Shown: positions 35,751-45,465, counted from the stretch's first letter. The stretch is DNA of 49,537 bases from Candidatus Thorarchaeota archaeon (GCA_048884785.1 JBHLQM010000020.1:1-49537), one strand, 5' to 3'. Notes: generated by a model not told the origin, from the sequence alone. Numbers and translations are program-made.

Positions 35751-36650
35751 TTATATTCCAAAAACCGTGAGAAGGAAGAGAATGTCTGCAATAGCATGAG
35801 CGATAACTGCGCCCCATATGTTATCCGATCTTTGCATGAGGTATCCCCAACTTAGCCCAAGAGCAAAGGTGATACCCAAGAACATTGAGAAACTGATGAG
35901 ATCGGTATAACCAATTATTGCCTGATGAAAGATAGCGAAGACAACTGATGTAAGCAATAGTGATTGCTTTTCGCCAAAGAGTGAGTTGTATTTCTTCAGG
36001 AATAGACCTCTGACCATCAGCTCCTCCATGAAGGCGTTACTAAATGAGAAAAGGCATAACCATGGAATCCAGCCAATCAAAACGTCTGTGCCAACGGTAA
36101 GAGCGAGTCCGCCTAAAGCTATGAATGGAATCAATCCAATAGGTGATATCAGAACGCTCAGCTTGAGACTCTTCCTTAAATCTCCACCCCTTAAGAATAC
36201 AGATTGGAAATCCTTTTCCACCAACCAAGTACCGACAAGCATTGCTAGTACAATTGGTAGCACCTCTGAGAACTTGGCAATAGCCACACCTTCAACGGTA
36301 TCCAATGAAAGCCCTGGAATCAGGCTATACCATCGTCCGAAGAACCAAGCCAAGAGAAGACCAAATGAAACGACTAGAAACGAAGCTGATATTCTCCAGA
36401 ACCTACCGGTTGTCCCCTCCTTTTGATGAAGAAGAACCGTGGTAATTAGAAGAAGTGCAACTACGATTATCCTTGTCATGAGGGTCATATCAGAAGGAAT
36501 GAATGAATTGTAACCGCCCACATTGTAGGTAAGAAAGCTGTAGCCGATGAGGAGGAGAATGACGGCTCCTTTTTTAGCAGCACTGAATTCAATTCTACTT
36601 TCAGGAGTGCTCCCTGTGCCTGAGAGACTCACGTTTTCTTCATTGTTCAA
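35751..36650 (-). CDS. CPBP (Rce1/Abi, CAAX protease-like) intramembrane metalloprotease
   Basis: EELMVRG, FAIFH and HAIAD motifs. Confidence 0.85.
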   Translation of the reverse strand: MNNEENVSLSGTGSTPESRIEFSAAKKGAVILLLIGYSFLTYNVGGYNSFIPSDMTLMTRIIVVALLLITTVLLHQKEGTTGRFWRISASFLVVSFGLLLAWFFGRWYSLIPGLSLDTVEGVAIAKFSEVLPIVLAMLVGTWLVEKDFQSVFLRGGDLRKSLKLSVLISPIGLIPFIALGGLALTVGTDVLIGWIPWLCLFSFSNAFMEELMVRGLFLKKYNSLFGEKQSLLLTSVVFAIFHQAIIGYTDLISFSMFLGITFALGLSWGYLMQRSDNIWGAVIAHAIADILFLLTVFGI

Positions 36651-36931
36651 TTCTATTCAAGCCTCTAATAGAGTTACAAAAGGGAGAGCTTGCGTATTCC
36701 ATATAACATATTCTCTGTGCAAATTCAGGGAAAGAGGATCTTCAAGTACAAGGCTATTAGTTCACCTGTTGCAGGGGGGTTTCTTATTTTACTTCTTTAC
36801 ACAGCAAGAACACTCCTAATGTCCACTCTCGCACAAGCAGAGCTAGTGTGAACAATGCATGAAATGTTCTATGATGAGTACCTGCAGTTGAAAACAGAAG
36901 CCCTTTATGATATGATTAGTTCTCTAGGAGT

Positions 36932-38077
36932 ATGAAACCGGACTATGAAGGGAATGGAATTGTCAATCTTATGAGTTCCATTATAGATGCTGCAGGGCAT
37001 AAAAGCCCATATGAACCACTCAAAGGCGATGCGCTATCGAATTTGAGCGATTCCAAGAACATTGTTCTCATTATTATTGACGGATTGGGATACAAGTATT
37101 TGAAAGACAAGGGGCGAAAGACTCTACTCAATCGTAAATTGATTGACTCGATGACTTCGGTATTTCTTCCATCAACCGGTCCGGCCATCAGTACCTTCTT
37201 CACAGGCCTTGCCCCCCAGCAACATGCAGTAACAGGTTGGTATGTTCATCTTCAGGAGTTCGGATTAGTAGCAAAGTTCCTCCCTTTTACGACAACGGTG
37301 GACTGGAATGTTCTTCGAACTGACATTTCCAATATGCTAGATGTCACTCCTCTTTTCTCTAAGATACAGCGAGAGTACCATGTAGTATTGGATGAAAGCA
37401 TTAGTGATTCTGTTTTTACAAGATTCATGACAGGAGGGGCTATCAGACATGGATATGCGGGGCTAGACGATTTCTTCATAAAGATGAAATCTGCTGTATT
37501 AAAACCAAAAGAAAGATCGTATACGTATGCCTACTGGGCAGAGCTAGATGCAATCGGGCACATGCTTGGAATGCAGAGTCAAGAAACAACAGAGCATTTG
37601 AACGACTTTGACAGGAAACTTGAGGGTTTCATTGAAGCTATTCAAGGCACAGATACTACATTGATTATCACTGCGGACCATGGATTCAACGATGTCAAAC
37701 CTCACAACAACATATACTCTGGAAACCATCCGAAATTGACAGAGTGTCTGACATTGCCATTGTGTGGAGATTCAAGGACTGCGTTCTGTTATGTAAAACC
37801 ATCCATGGTAAAGCAATTTGAGAAGTATGTGACTGAAACTCTCGGAAATGTCTGTGATATGTTCAGAAGCGAGGAGTTGGTTAATGATGCGTGGTTTGGT
37901 CTGATGAAACCAAGTTCAAAGCTCCGTGGCAGAATTGGAGATTATACTCTGATATTCAAAGATGGCTATGGAGCTCTAAACTCCTTCCCTGGAATATCAC
38001 CTCCAGTGCTTCGGGGGCATCATGGCGGCATAACTGATGATGAGATGAAAGTGCCTCTAGTAGTCATTGATTGCTAG
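36932..38077 (+). CDS. Alkaline phosphatase superfamily / nucleotide pyrophosphatase
   Basis: IIDGLG, PSTGPA, ELDAIGH, ITADHG and GHHGG motifs. Confidence 0.85.
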   Translation: MKPDYEGNGIVNLMSSIIDAAGHKSPYEPLKGDALSNLSDSKNIVLIIIDGLGYKYLKDKGRKTLLNRKLIDSMTSVFLPSTGPAISTFFTGLAPQQHAVTGWYVHLQEFGLVAKFLPFTTTVDWNVLRTDISNMLDVTPLFSKIQREYHVVLDESISDSVFTRFMTGGAIRHGYAGLDDFFIKMKSAVLKPKERSYTYAYWAELDAIGHMLGMQSQETTEHLNDFDRKLEGFIEAIQGTDTTLIITADHGFNDVKPHNNIYSGNHPKLTECLTLPLCGDSRTAFCYVKPSMVKQFEKYVTETLGNVCDMFRSEELVNDAWFGLMKPSSKLRGRIGDYTLIFKDGYGALNSFPGISPPVLRGHHGGITDDEMKVPLVVIDC

Positions 38078-39522
38078 ATAGGAATTTGATTCTTTGAGAT
38101 ATTGTTGCTCTTCAATATCTCAAATAGAACGCGATCAAGCCTTTGAGAGGTGTCTTTGTCAAGTCGTTGAGATGATTGCCTGTCAAGTAATTCTGTCACC
38201 CGCTCCCTTGCTCGGTCCATTATATTTTTGGAGCCAGCTCCAATCCACGAATCAGTAGATAATCTATCGATGATGGAAGATGGCATGTAATGTTCTGTTC
38301 GGAGATTTCTCGCTGTGTGTTTCTGTTTAAGAAAGTCCCCGCCAGGACCCACTGTTTCAATTAGGGAGATAAGATCCTTAGTTTCAGTAGAATAGTCCTC
38401 TCTGATTAGCCTGTAGGCAGCGCCGCATAACTCATTGTCAATGACAAGCTTCTCTAGGGATAGACAGTTGATGTAGGCATACGCTCCGGGACCAGAGATG
38501 ATATTTACACGAGTCAGTGCTCCTAAGGCAATGCCCAGACCCGATTCGAAGCCAGCCTGAGAATCAAGGGTTTTTGAGTCACTGAGACCCAAGTAGGCAT
38601 GGGTAGGTAAACCGAGTCGCTTGCCTACCTCAGCTGATGCACACGCTGCAATGATGGCTTCAATGGCAGCAAAGCGTGGTGTTGCATATCTCATATCAAA
38701 AGAAGCAGGAGCACCTCCGTAGATAATAGGAGTGCCAGGCGAAACCAATTGAGCAAGTGCAATCCCACTTATGATTTCCACATTGGTCTGAATTATCGTC
38801 CCGCGTATGGTCACTGGGCTTGTTGCACCCATGAGTGGTGCAGGGACAATTTCAATGGGGATTTTAGATTCAGCGCAATCCATCAGGTTCTGAGAAGTTG
38901 TGTCGCCCCACATCAGTGGAGATGATGGACAGCAATCAAATATTGCAGGAGGTCTTCTCTCCAGCTCTTCCTCATCCCCAACGACCACTTCCAAAAGCAT
39001 CTTCATATCTTGAATGCCTTCCTTTCGAAAGGCTCCGGTGATAATGGGCTTTCTCGAATCCCGCAGGATGAGATAGAGACGATAGACATCCGTAATGATC
39101 TCAGGAACGTCTGATGGAATCAATGCCGTACTCTGAGCGTGTATGTGTTCTAGCAAATCGACAAGATGAACAATCTCAACCAAATCTCTTGCTGTCCCTT
39201 TCCGCATCTTCTCTGTTAATCTGTCTCTAAAATATGAAACACTCGAGCCAGGATTGTACAAGACATGATCCTCGCCGATAGGGAATGAAGTTTTGCCATC
39301 TGTGGAATACAAATCAAAGGAGTTTGGTGTCCTCCGAATACATTCTTCAATCAACTCCGAATGCATCTTTACGCGACTTGCATCAACCTCGCATCCAGCT
39401 TTTTTGAAGATGTCCCTTGCAACAGGATTCCTAATTTCCACTCCAACTCGGTTCAATATCTCAAGACTTGCAGAGTGAATAGCATCTATATCGCTATTCG
39501 ATAGAAAGCTGATACGTGTCAT
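38074..39522 (-). CDS. MttB-superfamily (trimethylamine-type) corrinoid methyltransferase, non-pyrrolysine
   Basis: IHSASLEIL..VG, GATSPVT..G, SDSKTLDSQAG.E, SLEKLVIDNE and VGPGGDFL...HT motifs; no in-frame TAG. Confidence 0.9.
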   Translation of the reverse strand: MTRISFLSNSDIDAIHSASLEILNRVGVEIRNPVARDIFKKAGCEVDASRVKMHSELIEECIRRTPNSFDLYSTDGKTSFPIGEDHVLYNPGSSVSYFRDRLTEKMRKGTARDLVEIVHLVDLLEHIHAQSTALIPSDVPEIITDVYRLYLILRDSRKPIITGAFRKEGIQDMKMLLEVVVGDEEELERRPPAIFDCCPSSPLMWGDTTSQNLMDCAESKIPIEIVPAPLMGATSPVTIRGTIIQTNVEIISGIALAQLVSPGTPIIYGGAPASFDMRYATPRFAAIEAIIAACASAEVGKRLGLPTHAYLGLSDSKTLDSQAGFESGLGIALGALTRVNIISGPGAYAYINCLSLEKLVIDNELCGAAYRLIREDYSTETKDLISLIETVGPGGDFLKQKHTARNLRTEHYMPSSIIDRLSTDSWIGAGSKNIMDRARERVTELLDRQSSQRLDKDTSQRLDRVLFEILKSNNISKNQIPI

Positions 39523-39638
39523 TGGGAGAGTCCTCAGTGGCCGAAGTCTGGCCTACAGACTAATTGGATTAGGATTTTCTTAGTTAAGTAACTAGCGAAG
39601 ATTAGTTGATATGCCGCAGTTTTGTTCTGCGTAGGTTA

Positions 39639-39923
39639 CTATACAACCTTCATGTAGATTCTGGTCATAGCTCGGACATGATCAAAGTTTATCTGAAGCT
39701 CGCGTATCTTCTCGGGATTGGCACTATAGATTGGCTGACGCATATCAAGCAGATTAGGAATTCGTTTGCATAGCCTCTTGTCCTGCAGCCTTCGAAGAGC
39801 ATCAGATACTGACCTTGGAGAGAGTGTGACTTCACCACGAATTTGTTTTGGAGTCATTGGACCCTTTGAAGCAAGTTTATCCAGCACGATGAGGGCGCTA
39901 ATTGGGAGTCCTGTAAGAGCCAT
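39639..39923 (-). CDS. Small MarR-like wHTH regulator
   Basis: LPISALIVL..L...GPMTPKQI...SPRSVSDALRRL...PNLLDMRQPIY. Confidence 0.75.
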   Translation of the reverse strand: MALTGLPISALIVLDKLASKGPMTPKQIRGEVTLSPRSVSDALRRLQDKRLCKRIPNLLDMRQPIYSANPEKIRELQINFDHVRAMTRIYMKVV

Positions 39924-40048
39924 TATTGAACACCAGCGAGGATTCTTGATACGAATCGGCAAAAATCGTATCAAATTCTTGCCATTAATATACGGCAATC
40001 TATTAAAAGGTCTTTTGCCGTGCGCAACCGTGACTGTTTTCTTGTTGT

Positions 40049-41233
40049 ATGCATATCATAAGAGTGAGAAAACATACCATAGAAACCCTAGGATGTGATT
40101 TCCTGAAAAAGAGATGGTCAATAGACAAGAAGGATCTAAAGATTCTTACAGCTCTAGATAGATTAGGAGGAAATGCATCGGCTCAGCAAATCAGTGACTA
40201 TATACATGATAATATGCAGGAAAAGAAACAGACAGAGCCTATCCCAGCTAGAACGATTCGATACCGATTATCCACGTTGATAGAACGCGGCTTGCTCTTG
40301 CCATCCTATCTTCAAACAGATGAGCGAAGGGTTGGACTTGGTGAGGGAGTTCTACTTCTTCAAGAAGGATCAGGAATGAGCCAAATCTTGGAAAAACTGA
40401 TTCAGAGTATCCCAATTTTCTATTGGTATGTACCCACCCATGGAAAGTACGATGGATATCTTGTGCATACTGTGTTTGATATTAAGAAGCCAGAGATGAT
40501 ATTGAAAATCACCAAGGCCATGAAGGAGAAGGGCATAATCAAGGATTTTGCATTCTTTGATATTGTGGACAACGCATCCAAGAAGATTGATTTCACCAAA
40601 TTCAGGCCTAATGGTAGCTGGGTCTGCGATTGGAATGAATGGATGAGTACGATTGAAAGCAATCTAACTGAAACAAAGGTGGCACCATTTAATCTGAAGG
40701 AAGATCATTCTGTAATAGAATATGACTGGAGTGACATAATGATTCTTCGAGTACTCAAGAATGATGCTGACTCAACGATGAATAGCTTGGCGAGTATTAC
40801 AGGTTTGCCAATTCAACACGTGAGAGAAAGAGTTCAGAAACTCCGAGAAAAGGGAGTAATTAAAGGATATGCAAGAGCCTATGGATTTGTGGGGGATCTT
40901 CTCTGGTTCTCATGCTTTATGAGAATTAGACAGCATGCGGATGGCATTTTAAAGTGCATCCAAGACTTGCCCTTTCCTGGTGTAGTGCTTATGGAAAATC
41001 GTCATAACTATTGTGTTAGATTTGGTTTGACGACATCTAATTTGAAGAGGTTCCTTGACGGATTTCGATTTTTTAGGCCACACCTTGAATATTACTACTT
41101 CCAGTTTCACCTGCCGGATATAGTGGAATCAAAATATGAGGCTGTATTTGACATGTTCGACAGAGATACGGACTCCTGGAAAATACCCGTGGATGATTAT
41201 GCTTCACTCATTCGCAAATATAAGATAGAATAG
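40049..41233 (+). CDS. Tandem Lrp/AsnC-type wHTH transcriptional regulator
   Basis: IDKKDLKIL...RTIRYRL and DWSDIMIL...LASITG...VRERVQKLREKGVIKGY. Start is uncertain. Confidence 0.75.
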   Translation: MHIIRVRKHTIETLGCDFLKKRWSIDKKDLKILTALDRLGGNASAQQISDYIHDNMQEKKQTEPIPARTIRYRLSTLIERGLLLPSYLQTDERRVGLGEGVLLLQEGSGMSQILEKLIQSIPIFYWYVPTHGKYDGYLVHTVFDIKKPEMILKITKAMKEKGIIKDFAFFDIVDNASKKIDFTKFRPNGSWVCDWNEWMSTIESNLTETKVAPFNLKEDHSVIEYDWSDIMILRVLKNDADSTMNSLASITGLPIQHVRERVQKLREKGVIKGYARAYGFVGDLLWFSCFMRIRQHADGILKCIQDLPFPGVVLMENRHNYCVRFGLTTSNLKRFLDGFRFFRPHLEYYYFQFHLPDIVESKYEAVFDMFDRDTDSWKIPVDDYASLIRKYKIE

Positions 41234-41384
41234 AAGACTTCAACACATTCGTCTATTTCGCTATTCTCTGGACACAGACTTTGTTGAATCCTTCTCTTGA
41301 ATCGATTATTCATGTATTAAGGAGAGCAACCTTCATCAGCAAGGTTGCGTACCCATTAATATCATTTCAAAGAGGAGCCTATGC

Positions 41385-42440
41385 ATGCCTGTTTTTAATA
41401 CACTTACAATTCTACGGGATCTTGTCTTGGTGTTTGATGCAGGAGTTGTATTCTATTCTCTTCTATTCGTGTCAACGTTGCTTGGACAATGGCTGAAAGG
41501 CCCTATTCGAAAGTGGAATGATGTTCGTCTTGCTTGGGCGGTCTTTATGTTGGGAATGGCATCCAATACATTCTCTTTCGTTATGTCAGATTTTTATTTC
41601 ACAGGATTTGTTGAATCATTTCTTTGGGTCAAGACAGGATATGTTTCCATGATGATTGCCCTCATTGGGTTCTTTGTTGCAATGGAGCAGATACTTCCTT
41701 TCAAGACGCGCCACATGTTCACAATATCGGGTCTTATTGTGACAGGCATAACAGTCATAGCTCCACGAGAATGGATGACTGCCTTGGCTCTAACAGCAAG
41801 CCTCTTTGCATTTGGAATCTTGATTTTATTCTTCATCTATTATTTGCGAACAACTGCAGGAGAGGTCAGAAGTAGTATACGACTGATACTGCTTGGCTTT
41901 CTCATTGGATTTGTGGGATATCTGCTCAGAAGTGATTTTGTCTACAGTAGCCTTGGAGAAAATGTGTATCTGATGGGAGCATTCATGCTATTCGTGGGTC
42001 TCCTAGTTCTTGGAGTTGCTGTGTTTGGGTCTCCTGCTTTGGATGAATTAGATTGGACCACTCACATGCTGGAATTGTATGTAATTCATGAGAGCGGCGT
42101 TCTCCTGTTTCATCATAAATTCGTGCCAACTGTGAATATGGATGAGCATCTCGCTGCCGCAGGAATTGCAGGAATTCAATCGCTTCTGGAGGAAATTACT
42201 GACAGTGCAACAGGATTGAACAATCTCTCCATCGGAGAACTCAACATCCTCTTTGCCCATGGAGAGAGCTTCACTGGGGTATTGATTGGAAAACGGGCGT
42301 ATCGCGTTCTACTAGCCAAAGTTCAAGACTTTGTAAACAAGTTTCAACTAGTCTTTGGAAGATATGTTCATGAAACTCCAAATGTACCCCTTCAATTTGA
42401 GGACGTCAAGGATCTTATCGCCGCAGTATTTGAGGCCTAG
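41385..42440 (+). CDS. 7-TM membrane protein with a C-terminal longin-like domain
   Basis: Seven hydrophobic helices, then ELYVIHESGVLLFHHKF...DEHLAAAGIAGIQSLLEEI. Confidence 0.7.
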   Translation: MPVFNTLTILRDLVLVFDAGVVFYSLLFVSTLLGQWLKGPIRKWNDVRLAWAVFMLGMASNTFSFVMSDFYFTGFVESFLWVKTGYVSMMIALIGFFVAMEQILPFKTRHMFTISGLIVTGITVIAPREWMTALALTASLFAFGILILFFIYYLRTTAGEVRSSIRLILLGFLIGFVGYLLRSDFVYSSLGENVYLMGAFMLFVGLLVLGVAVFGSPALDELDWTTHMLELYVIHESGVLLFHHKFVPTVNMDEHLAAAGIAGIQSLLEEITDSATGLNNLSIGELNILFAHGESFTGVLIGKRAYRVLLAKVQDFVNKFQLVFGRYVHETPNVPLQFEDVKDLIAAVFEA

Positions 42441-42500
42441 AAATCATTATTATCATTGGTTGATATGGCAATTACACATCAATTTGAGGTATGATTATTA

Positions 42501-42659
42501 TTGGCAAAAAAGAAATCTTTCAAAGAAGACTTTGTGGATGCCAAGATGAAACGAAGCTGGATTGTTTCAATGCTGCCAAAGCTGACCTATGAACAGATTG
42601 ACCTACTGTCCAGCATGATTAGTAGATGGATAAAAGAAGAAGAGGCATCAAGAAAGTAA
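42501..42659 (+). CDS. Small hypothetical protein, 52 aa (MAKKKSFKEDFVDAKMKRSWIVSMLPKLTYEQIDLLSSMISRWIKEEEASRK)
   Basis: Hand-translated; GAGGT RBS, TTG start; fills the gap immediately before the flavodoxin gene. Confidence 0.55.
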   Translation: MAKKKSFKEDFVDAKMKRSWIVSMLPKLTYEQIDLLSSMISRWIKEEEASRK

Positions 42660-42692
42660 TAAGTGGACACAGAAAGAGAGGTAAGGATAGCA

Positions 42693-43154
42693 ATGAAGCG
42701 TGCTATAATTGTGTATGAGAGTGTCTATGGGAATACAAAGAAAGTGGCAGAGGCAATCGCAGATGGCATCCGTTCTGTCCCGAATATCGAATGCAAAGTG
42801 GCAAAAACAGGAGAGATTCACACAGACGAGATTTGCGATTATGATCTACTGGTTTTTGGCGCACCCAATCACAATCAAGGTCCTGCCTTGAACATGATAA
42901 AATTCCTTGAAAGAGCTGCAATTGTACATGTGGAAGGAAAAATGGGAGGGGTATTCGATACGTATACCGGAGGCAACAAGGGAATTGCAGTTGCAAAATT
43001 AAGCGCAATTGTGAAGGAGAAGTATCCAGGAATACAGCTTGTAGAAAATGGAATTTCAGCCAAGGTCGAAGGCAGAAAAGGACCGCTTGCCAAAGATGAA
43101 GAGCAAAATGCAAAAAACTTTGGTGAGAAGGTTGCGAAGAAACTACTTGGGTAA
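42693..43154 (+). CDS. Flavodoxin family protein
   Basis: IVYESVYGNTKKVAEAI, FGAPNH and VFDT motifs. Confidence 0.85.
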   Translation: MKRAIIVYESVYGNTKKVAEAIADGIRSVPNIECKVAKTGEIHTDEICDYDLLVFGAPNHNQGPALNMIKFLERAAIVHVEGKMGGVFDTYTGGNKGIAVAKLSAIVKEKYPGIQLVENGISAKVEGRKGPLAKDEEQNAKNFGEKVAKKLLG

Positions 43155-43314
43155 TAGGAAAGTGAGCATATAGTCCATGCAGGGTAGCCCTATAAGCAAA
43201 TATTAAATAATAGAAAATAACAGCATATACTATATCTAGTCTTGTCTGGAAGATATGGACGATGATAGCACGCTGCAATATGTGTGAAGTAAATATGCCG
43301 GGAGAATTCAAAAA

Positions 43315-43650
43315 ATGCGAGTAGATGTGCCAATCTCAGCCACCAGTGAGGTCAAAACCCCTTGTGGAAAACAAGGGTGTGTTGTCTTTTACAAAGGAGA
43401 GCATTGTTTGTTTTGTAGGCCGGCGAATGAGATACTAAAAGAATCTCTCCAGCAATTCGGCGTGCCGGACAATGTGATATGTGAAATTGATGTTGAAGAG
43501 GAAGAAGATATCGCCCGAGAGAGAGGAATTGTTGGACTTCCCACTATTGAGATTTGTGAAGAAACTATTCTGGGTATGCCGGATGAGGGAAGTATTAGGG
43601 ATGCTCTTGTTCGTGCCATCATGCAGGATTGCTTCTGCGAGGGGTGTTGA
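43315..43650 (+). CDS. Thioredoxin-fold protein, Cys-rich
   Basis: CLFC active site, GLPT cis-Pro; extra Cys in CFCEGC. Confidence 0.8.
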   Translation: MRVDVPISATSEVKTPCGKQGCVVFYKGEHCLFCRPANEILKESLQQFGVPDNVICEIDVEEEEDIARERGIVGLPTIEICEETILGMPDEGSIRDALVRAIMQDCFCEGC

Positions 43651-43717
43651 GTAATTCTATAGTTCTCATTGAGAAATGGAGACCGTGCAGTCATCCCAAG
43701 TAAGAAGACTAACTCCT

Positions 43718-44173
43718 CTAGAAATCCAATTGGATTGTTTCCCATCTGACTCGACCAGCTTCAACAGCTTCCTTTATTCTCCTCTCTGTGAGGTTTAACT
43801 TCGCATTTCCTGTCTTGACATCAGCCAGTATGATTGTAATTGGCTCGTCTGAATTACTATCCTTAACTCTAGTATAGCCATCAAAGATTAGATAGTCAAT
43901 AGGAGCTCCAATGAATCTTGCATCTGATGGATCGTATCGAAAGATATCACCCAATAACGGGACCATATGCTCTGCAATCTTACCTTTCAGAACAACTCGA
44001 CTTCTATCGGTGGCATCCTTTCTGATGCCTGCCTTTTGCTCTTCCCAGGCCAATCTGAATTCTGATTCCACCTTGGCAATCCGGTGCCTTAGATTTGCCT
44101 TCATTACCAGATATACTATAATCCCAAAAGCAAGCCCTATGAATAGTCCGAAGAGTGTGTCCTCAAATGCCAT
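43718..44173 (-). CDS. Archaeal Holliday junction resolvase-like endonuclease with an N-terminal TM
   Basis: RSRVVLKGKIAEH, DARFIGAPIDYLIFDG and DVKTG motifs. Confidence 0.85.
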   Translation of the reverse strand: MAFEDTLFGLFIGLAFGIIVYLVMKANLRHRIAKVESEFRLAWEEQKAGIRKDATDRSRVVLKGKIAEHMVPLLGDIFRYDPSDARFIGAPIDYLIFDGYTRVKDSNSDEPITIILADVKTGNAKLNLTERRIKEAVEAGRVRWETIQLDF

Positions 44174-44355
44174 GCTAGTTTACTACCCAGTGTGCAATAT
44201 ATGCTCAGGTAATTCGGGAGTATTCTCTTGGCAACACATGGAAAATCAGTTTTTTAACCATGTGCGTTTCTCAAGAATCTATAGACTCACCCTTGCCTTT
44301 GAAGAAGATTAAAAGAACCTACTATGTTTGATGGAATTCGAGGAGAAGAAGATAG

Positions 44356-45162
44356 ATGAACAAGCGCAATGAAAAGGCATGGGATAAGCTGTCAGAATAC
44401 TATCAAAACTCCCGCAGACTTTCGCTTGATAATTTCCACTATGGTGCCTTTGCGCCAGGGGATAAAGAACTGGGAATCCTTGGAGATGTAAAAGGTCTCG
44501 ATGTGTTGGATGTCGGATGTGGTGGGGGTCAAAACTCCATTGTGCTTGCAAAGATGGGCGCAAAATCCGTCAAAGCAATTGACCAGTCCGAGATGCAATT
44601 AGGCCATGCAAGGAAACTTGCAGAAGAACAGGGAGTATCTATCACCTTTCTAAAGAGAAACATGGAAGAACTTCTGGGTCTAAATGATGCTTCATTTGAT
44701 CTTGTTGTATCTTCTCATGCAATGAACTACGCTTCAGACCTCATCAGGGTATTCAATGAGTGTGCTAGAGTTCTTCGATCAAAAGGTAGAATTGTCATCT
44801 GTCTTAATCATCCATTGTACGTCGTGCTAGGACAGGCACTTGAGGATGATGACTTCTCAAAGATAGTCAATTATTTTGAAGGAATTCGTGATATTTGGGA
44901 TTGGACCAATGCTGACGGAGAGATGATTGCGACCTTTGAATCGAGGTCGTGGCGGTTTGAGCATATTATCAATGGGCTTATTGAAACGGGGTTCGTTGTA
45001 GAACGAGTCGCAGAACCAAGAGGATATACAAAAGAAGAGATGGATGAGCTTCCCCTAGACGCAGTCCCGTATCAGGACATTGGTGTCATAAATGAGGCCT
45101 TCATTCGTACAAATCGAATTATACCAAGCACGATAATCGTATCAGCAATCAAAAAGGAGTAA
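44356..45162 (+). CDS. Class I SAM-dependent methyltransferase
   Basis: VLDVGCGGG, FDLVVS and RVLRSKG motifs. Confidence 0.9.
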   Translation: MNKRNEKAWDKLSEYYQNSRRLSLDNFHYGAFAPGDKELGILGDVKGLDVLDVGCGGGQNSIVLAKMGAKSVKAIDQSEMQLGHARKLAEEQGVSITFLKRNMEELLGLNDASFDLVVSSHAMNYASDLIRVFNECARVLRSKGRIVICLNHPLYVVLGQALEDDDFSKIVNYFEGIRDIWDWTNADGEMIATFESRSWRFEHIINGLIETGFVVERVAEPRGYTKEEMDELPLDAVPYQDIGVINEAFIRTNRIIPSTIIVSAIKKE

Positions 45163-45169
45163 AAACAAA

Positions 45170-45198
45170 TGGACACGGGTAATCAATACCCGAGTCCA
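45170..45198 (-). terminator. Hairpin terminator between the convergent methyltransferase and micropeptide genes
   Basis: TGGAC-CGGGTA/TACCCG-GTCCA stem; TTTGTTTTT follows on the minus strand. Confidence 0.6.
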
Positions 45199-45237
45199 AT
45201 GAATATAGCATGAGTATGCTTTGTGCTCTAAAGAAGA

Positions 45238-45312
45238 CTACTTCTTTCCCTTTTTCTTTGGAGCAGCGGTTTCTTTCTTCTTACCCTTGGCTGCGGGTTT
45301 CTTCTTTGACAA
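45238..45312 (-). CDS. Lys-rich micropeptide, 24 aa (MSKKKPAAKGKKKETAAPKKKGKK)
   Basis: Hand-translated. GAGGAG RBS 8 nt before TTG, TAG stop, downstream terminator. Confidence 0.65.
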   Translation of the reverse strand: MSKKKPAAKGKKKETAAPKKKGKK

Positions 45313-45465
45313 TTAATTTCTCCTCGTTGAAGTCCGGACATTTATTCTGTCCAGAGCACATGCGTTATACTCACCAACCGCGATCAGTGAGGGAGCTCGG
45401 ATGCTGGGCTTACACTGTCCCAAGGGATGTGCCAACACCCTGTCCTCGGCCCAGCTTTATCGCTC
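45313..45465 (-). promoter_or_regulatory. Structured 5' leader of the Lys-rich micropeptide
   Basis: Three stems (45403-45455, 45370-45391, 45333-45355). The G-U wobbles in the latter two form only on the minus strand. AATATAG TATA-like element at about 45486-45492. Confidence 0.5.

Noticed and set aside
7254-36650. ICMT-like and Rce1-like genes as a CaaX prenylation pathway
   Set aside because: They are 28 kb apart, both families are widespread in prokaryotes, and no prenyltransferase or CaaX substrate is evident.
38074-39522. Pyrrolysine recoding in the MttB homologue
   Set aside because: The ORF is full-length with no internal TAG.
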